Assembly (NCBI GenBank): GCA_963824385.1
Contig: CAWGPD010000003.1
Span: 96,001-160,000 of the forward strand
Source of the DNA: an uncultured Nitrososphaerota archaeon
GTDB taxonomy: Archaea; Thermoproteota; Nitrososphaeria; Nitrososphaerales; Nitrosopumilaceae
DNA: 64,000 nucleotides
Direction: 5' to 3'
Shown here: piece after piece, positions 60,339-64,000 of the stretch
Layout: the number at the start of each line of letters is the position of its first letter
Numbering within the stretch: position 1 is the first letter of the stretch
Translations under genes and position numbers: made by a program
The notes under the pieces: generated by a model
The model's database searches: none
What the model saw: only the letters and a program-made list of their open reading frames with translations
Told to the model about the DNA's origin: nothing

Positions 60339-60493
60339 AAACGAGTCTCTGGCACCAGATTATAAAGCAATATACAACAAATCAATATCTCAGTTAACTT
60401 GGAATTTCTTGTCAATCAAGGGATGATAAAATTATCTTAAAACCATATGAAAGATGAGATCTGTTTATTAGAAGGAAATCAAGAACAAAGCCT

Positions 60494-61375
60494 ATGAATC
60501 ATTCTAAAATATTTCTAGTTACTATATTATCAATAACAACTGTTCTTCTTCTTACAAGTTCTTCATTTGCACCTCTAGCTAGTGCGCAATACCAAGGACA
60601 AGGCGGTCAAGGGTATCAAGGACAAGGCGGTCAAGGGTATCAAGGACAAGGGTACCCAGGTCAAGGATTTCGAGGACCAGGTCAGGGATTTCATGGTGTA
60701 CGTACTGCTGTAAATGGAACTTATGCCAACTCTAACTTTGGTATACAGATTACACTTCCAGATGGATGGAGCGGTTTTGAGGTAAAGCAATCATCGGGAA
60801 ATGCGCGAGTAATGATTGCGCCAGGCGGAATTCAGACAACTCAGGGAGCATCACGTCCGCCAGTTACAATTGGAATATCAATGATGCCGTCTACTTCAAC
60901 AATGCCTACTTCATTTATGCCAAGAAATATGCAGGGATTCACATGTACCAATGCAACATCAACAAATTCTGTAAACAGTTTGAGTCTTAATGTTGTAACA
61001 ATAGACTGTACTGGAACTGATTCTGATGGTAATCCTGTTGAGATGAAATCAAAGATAGAGACTGCCCAGACAAACTCTACAAATATTATTCTAAGTATTA
61101 GAGCAAATCCTTCTTCAGGATATGACTCTCAGGTTTCAACTTTTGATAATATGGTAAGCACACTACAGGTCTCAACTCCATCACTGCCTCTTCCAACACC
61201 ACAAGATCAACAACAGCCTCAACCCCCAAGTCAATCAATGCCGCAAATAACTGGCAAGATTCCAAACTGGGTCAAGGGTGTATTTGGAATGTATGCACAA
61301 GGAAAATTATCTGATGCTGATCTAATCCAGGCACTACAGTTTCTAATAAAACAAGGAATCCTCAACGTTAGCTAA
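60494..61375 (+). CDS. Secreted protein with YQGQGGQG repeats, PsbP-like core and thaumarchaeal C-terminal domain
   Basis: Signal peptide; YQGQGGQG repeats; Y.NSNFGIQITLPDGW; KIPNWVK...LSDADLIQALQFLIKQGIL. Confidence 0.82.
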   Translation: MNHSKIFLVTILSITTVLLLTSSSFAPLASAQYQGQGGQGYQGQGGQGYQGQGYPGQGFRGPGQGFHGVRTAVNGTYANSNFGIQITLPDGWSGFEVKQSSGNARVMIAPGGIQTTQGASRPPVTIGISMMPSTSTMPTSFMPRNMQGFTCTNATSTNSVNSLSLNVVTIDCTGTDSDGNPVEMKSKIETAQTNSTNIILSIRANPSSGYDSQVSTFDNMVSTLQVSTPSLPLPTPQDQQQPQPPSQSMPQITGKIPNWVKGVFGMYAQGKLSDADLIQALQFLIKQGILNVS

Positions 61376-61412
61376 GACTTTACTAAAAGATACACACAAT
61401 CACAAATTACAA

Positions 61413-62051
61413 TTGTCTAAAGACAGCAGGTTTCCAGACTGGGATGCTCTCTACAAACAAGATGTATCTACCATGCCATGGTACAACAAAAAACTAGACT
61501 CTGATCTGGAACAAGAAATAAAAAAACGAAATCTAACCAAGGGAAGGTTTCTTGATTTGGGAACTGGTCCTGGAACGCAAGCCATACAGCTTGCAAAGAT
61601 TGGATTTACAGTAACTGGCACAGATTTATCATCAAACGCAATACAAAAGGCGCAAAGACTGGACGCAACAATAAATTTTCTAGTAGACGACATCCTGGAT
61701 TCAAAACTAGGAAAAGACAGTTTTGACTATATCCTAGATAGGGGCTGCTTTCATGTACTGTCTAATGACAAATGGACCAAGTATGTCAAAACTATACACA
61801 ATATACTTGACAAGAACGGATTGTTCTTTTTGAAATGTTTTAGCATGAAAGAAGAAAAGCTAACCTATGGTCCTTTTAGATTCTCAAAGCAGGATATGCA
61901 AAATATCTTTGGCCAAGACTTTGTTATAGATACAATAACTGATACTGTATACCAGGGAACACTGGATCCATATCCCAAAGCCTTGTTTGCAGTAATGAGA
62001 AAAAGCTCAATTAATACAAATATATCATTTGAGATGTGGCAAGAAATCTAA
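61413..62051 (+). CDS. Class I SAM-dependent methyltransferase (TPMT-like)
   Basis: WDALY...PW, LDLGTGPG, GTDLS, ILDRGCFH. Confidence 0.9.
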   Translation: MSKDSRFPDWDALYKQDVSTMPWYNKKLDSDLEQEIKKRNLTKGRFLDLGTGPGTQAIQLAKIGFTVTGTDLSSNAIQKAQRLDATINFLVDDILDSKLGKDSFDYILDRGCFHVLSNDKWTKYVKTIHNILDKNGLFFLKCFSMKEEKLTYGPFRFSKQDMQNIFGQDFVIDTITDTVYQGTLDPYPKALFAVMRKSSINTNISFEMWQEI

Positions 62052-62953
62052 AATTAGAAAATAAGACTGTAATTATTGGATATGTTTCCGCAATACTTGC
62101 ATCTACACTCTTTGGTGCAGTCCCAACTATGGCAAAACCACTGGTATCAAATGTCAACATACTATTGCTTGCTACTATATCATATCTGATAGCATCTGCT
62201 ACATTTACTCCGATAGCACAAAAAAGCAAGATATTATTTTCAAAAAAAGACTATGGAATCTTAATTATTGTATCTGTCTGTGGTGCCACTGTTGCACCGT
62301 TACTTTATTTTCTTGGCTTGAACCAAAGTACTGCATCAGATACATCATTATTATCAAATGCTGAAATTGTATTCACAGTACTGCTTGCATTAATTTTCTT
62401 CAAGGAGAGATTAAAACCAGTTGGTTTTGTTGCAGTAGGACTGGTTTTATTTGGAGTTACAATAATTACAACAAACCTTCAAGTGTCAAGTTCATTATTT
62501 CATATCAACTCAGGACACTTGTTAATTCTTGGTGCAACTGCACTATGGGCTTTGGATAATAACCTGAGCAGAATTATATCCACTAGAATCAACTCTGCAA
62601 GGTTAGTCCAGATAAAATATGCTATAGGGGGTATGATCATGCTTGGAATCATATTCTCCATGAGAGAACCATTTCAAATTAGCCCTTCACAGATACCGTA
62701 TGTAATTCTGTTAGGTATGTTGGGCATTGGAGGTTCACTGTACTTTTTCTTACAGAGCCTAAAGAGGATAGGTACTATACGTACAATTGTCATATTTTCT
62801 ATGTCATCTGTCTTTGGTTTGGGGTTTGCAGGATTATTTTTACACGAGCAGATTAGCGAATTTCAGATAATTGCAATTATCATAATGCTCACTGGGATTT
62901 ACTTGATAAACAGAAAGGAGAGCCTTAAGGAAAAACAAGAAAATAATATATAA
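62036..62953 (+). CDS. DMT/EamA family transporter
   Basis: About 10 TM; LLSNAEIVFTVLLALIFFKERL; WALDNNLSR. Confidence 0.92.
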   Translation: MARNLKLENKTVIIGYVSAILASTLFGAVPTMAKPLVSNVNILLLATISYLIASATFTPIAQKSKILFSKKDYGILIIVSVCGATVAPLLYFLGLNQSTASDTSLLSNAEIVFTVLLALIFFKERLKPVGFVAVGLVLFGVTIITTNLQVSSSLFHINSGHLLILGATALWALDNNLSRIISTRINSARLVQIKYAIGGMIMLGIIFSMREPFQISPSQIPYVILLGMLGIGGSLYFFLQSLKRIGTIRTIVIFSMSSVFGLGFAGLFLHEQISEFQIIAIIIMLTGIYLINRKESLKEKQENNI

Positions 62954-63000
62954 CTTGGATATTATATCCTCAAGATTTATTAGATTTAACTTGATAAAAA

Positions 63001-63312
63001 ATGTTGATGCTTTTTGGAGTTTTGGCAGTGCATTCCCCGGAACTGTGCCCCCTGAACAACAAGAACAGCAAGAAAATTTTCCTAGAGATTCAAAAAAAGA
63101 TTAAAGCAAACCAAAAAAAATTAAACATACTAAAAATAGTAGGCTTTTACGTCTCAGTCCTTGAGCATCAATGGGTAGTAATCTTGGATGCAAAGAATGC
63201 CCATGATATTGAACAGTTGTGCATAACAGTTGGAATATCTGCAATAAGTACAGTCAAGATTGTTCCAATTAATGACTTCAATAAAGTAGTAGCTAAAATG
63301 CAATCAGTTTAA
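63001..63312 (+). CDS. Small ferredoxin-like fold protein (DUF3303/GYD-like)
   Basis: HSPELCP, EHQWVVILDA, VKIVP. Confidence 0.65.
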   Translation: MLMLFGVLAVHSPELCPLNNKNSKKIFLEIQKKIKANQKKLNILKIVGFYVSVLEHQWVVILDAKNAHDIEQLCITVGISAISTVKIVPINDFNKVVAKMQSV

Positions 63313-63321
63313 TTCAAAACA

Positions 63322-63720
63322 TTAATCCAACAATTTGCCTGTTATGGCATCAACAAAATTAATCTGAGTACCGTTTTCTTTACTTGTTGAAAAACTGCAT
63401 TCCCAGGTGACTTCCCAGATGTATTCATTGTTCTGGTAATTCTTAAAGGGATAGCCAATGGCCAAAGACATGTCCTGCATAGTTTTCTCATCTACAGAAA
63501 ATATAGTATTATTTTTTACATGAAGCAAGTGTATGCCTACATTGTACAATTCACTAGTACTGTTGTCTTTACAAAGAGAATTCTGCATGGAAAAATCCAA
63601 CGCTTTTTGCTTGGATAAAAGATGCGGGCTTTGAATATAATCCACAACAATATACAGCCCGCCGATTATGGCTATGGAAAAAATACTGGTTGTTATAACA
63701 GTAATTGGTTTTATTCTCAC
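63322..63720 (-). CDS. Membrane-anchored PepSY-like protein
   Basis: N-terminal TM; LSKQKAL, IWEVTW, FVDAITGKLL. Confidence 0.65.
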   Translation of the reverse strand: MRIKPITVITTSIFSIAIIGGLYIVVDYIQSPHLLSKQKALDFSMQNSLCKDNSTSELYNVGIHLLHVKNNTIFSVDEKTMQDMSLAIGYPFKNYQNNEYIWEVTWECSFSTSKENGTQINFVDAITGKLLD

Positions 63721-64000
63721 TATACAGCATTGCTTTCTTATGATTTAACAACTTTCTAAAGCATCCGAGTTGAATAAAATCTTGCAAAAATTAGGATAAT
63801 TTTTTTAAAATGAAAAAACAAAAGTCTTTAACAGTAAAAAAGACCTTTATATCATATTGGCTAGTACAAAGCTCTAAAACACTTCATACTCATTTTACAG
63901 AGATAGTTCTCGTTGTAATTATTATAGCTGCATTTCTTGTTGTATTTGCCATACTAGAGTTGAATCAATCAAGTATTACCGATTCTTTATTAAAAAAACA

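Overview
AT-rich archaeal DNA from an ammonia-oxidising thaumarchaeote. The AMO sequences, an amt next to the amo cluster and a kdp operon point to a Nitrosotalea-like acidophile (inference). Left, 1-11.9 kb: 5'-truncated amt, amoB divergent from amoC-amoX-amoA, a Dam-family methylase, an AbiTii-like protein, a His-less PAS kinase, regulators and four tRNAs (Thr-GGT, Leu-TAA with two introns, Ile-GAT with one intron, Ala-TGC). Middle, about 11.9-46.8 kb, starting just after tRNA-Ala: an accessory patchwork of signalling parts (two DUF3068-like/His-kinase fusions, receivers, five of the window's six roadblock-like proteins, NitrOD5-like proteins, CBS pairs, about ten zinc-finger micro-proteins), kdpABC plus an unannotated kdpF, an orphan ParB and secreted/PEF-CTERM proteins. 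Right: coaD, trpS, pheS, pheT, more secreted proteins and a decayed surface-protein gene. Many genes, including essential ones (amoB, trpS, pheT), carry single-base indels, which most likely are sequencing errors. The best new leads are (i) a same-orientation quasi-palindromic motif, AGTC-TTACAG-GAC, at gene-module boundaries across the accessory region, suggestive of cassette recombination sites; (ii) a five-copy TTTGAG-N8-CTCAAA operator abutting TATA boxes around a wHTH/membrane-protein pair; (iii) GATC sites in all amo upstream regions next to an orphan Dam methylase; and (iv) two candidate structured ncRNAs. Family assignments are from motif recognition, not database searches.
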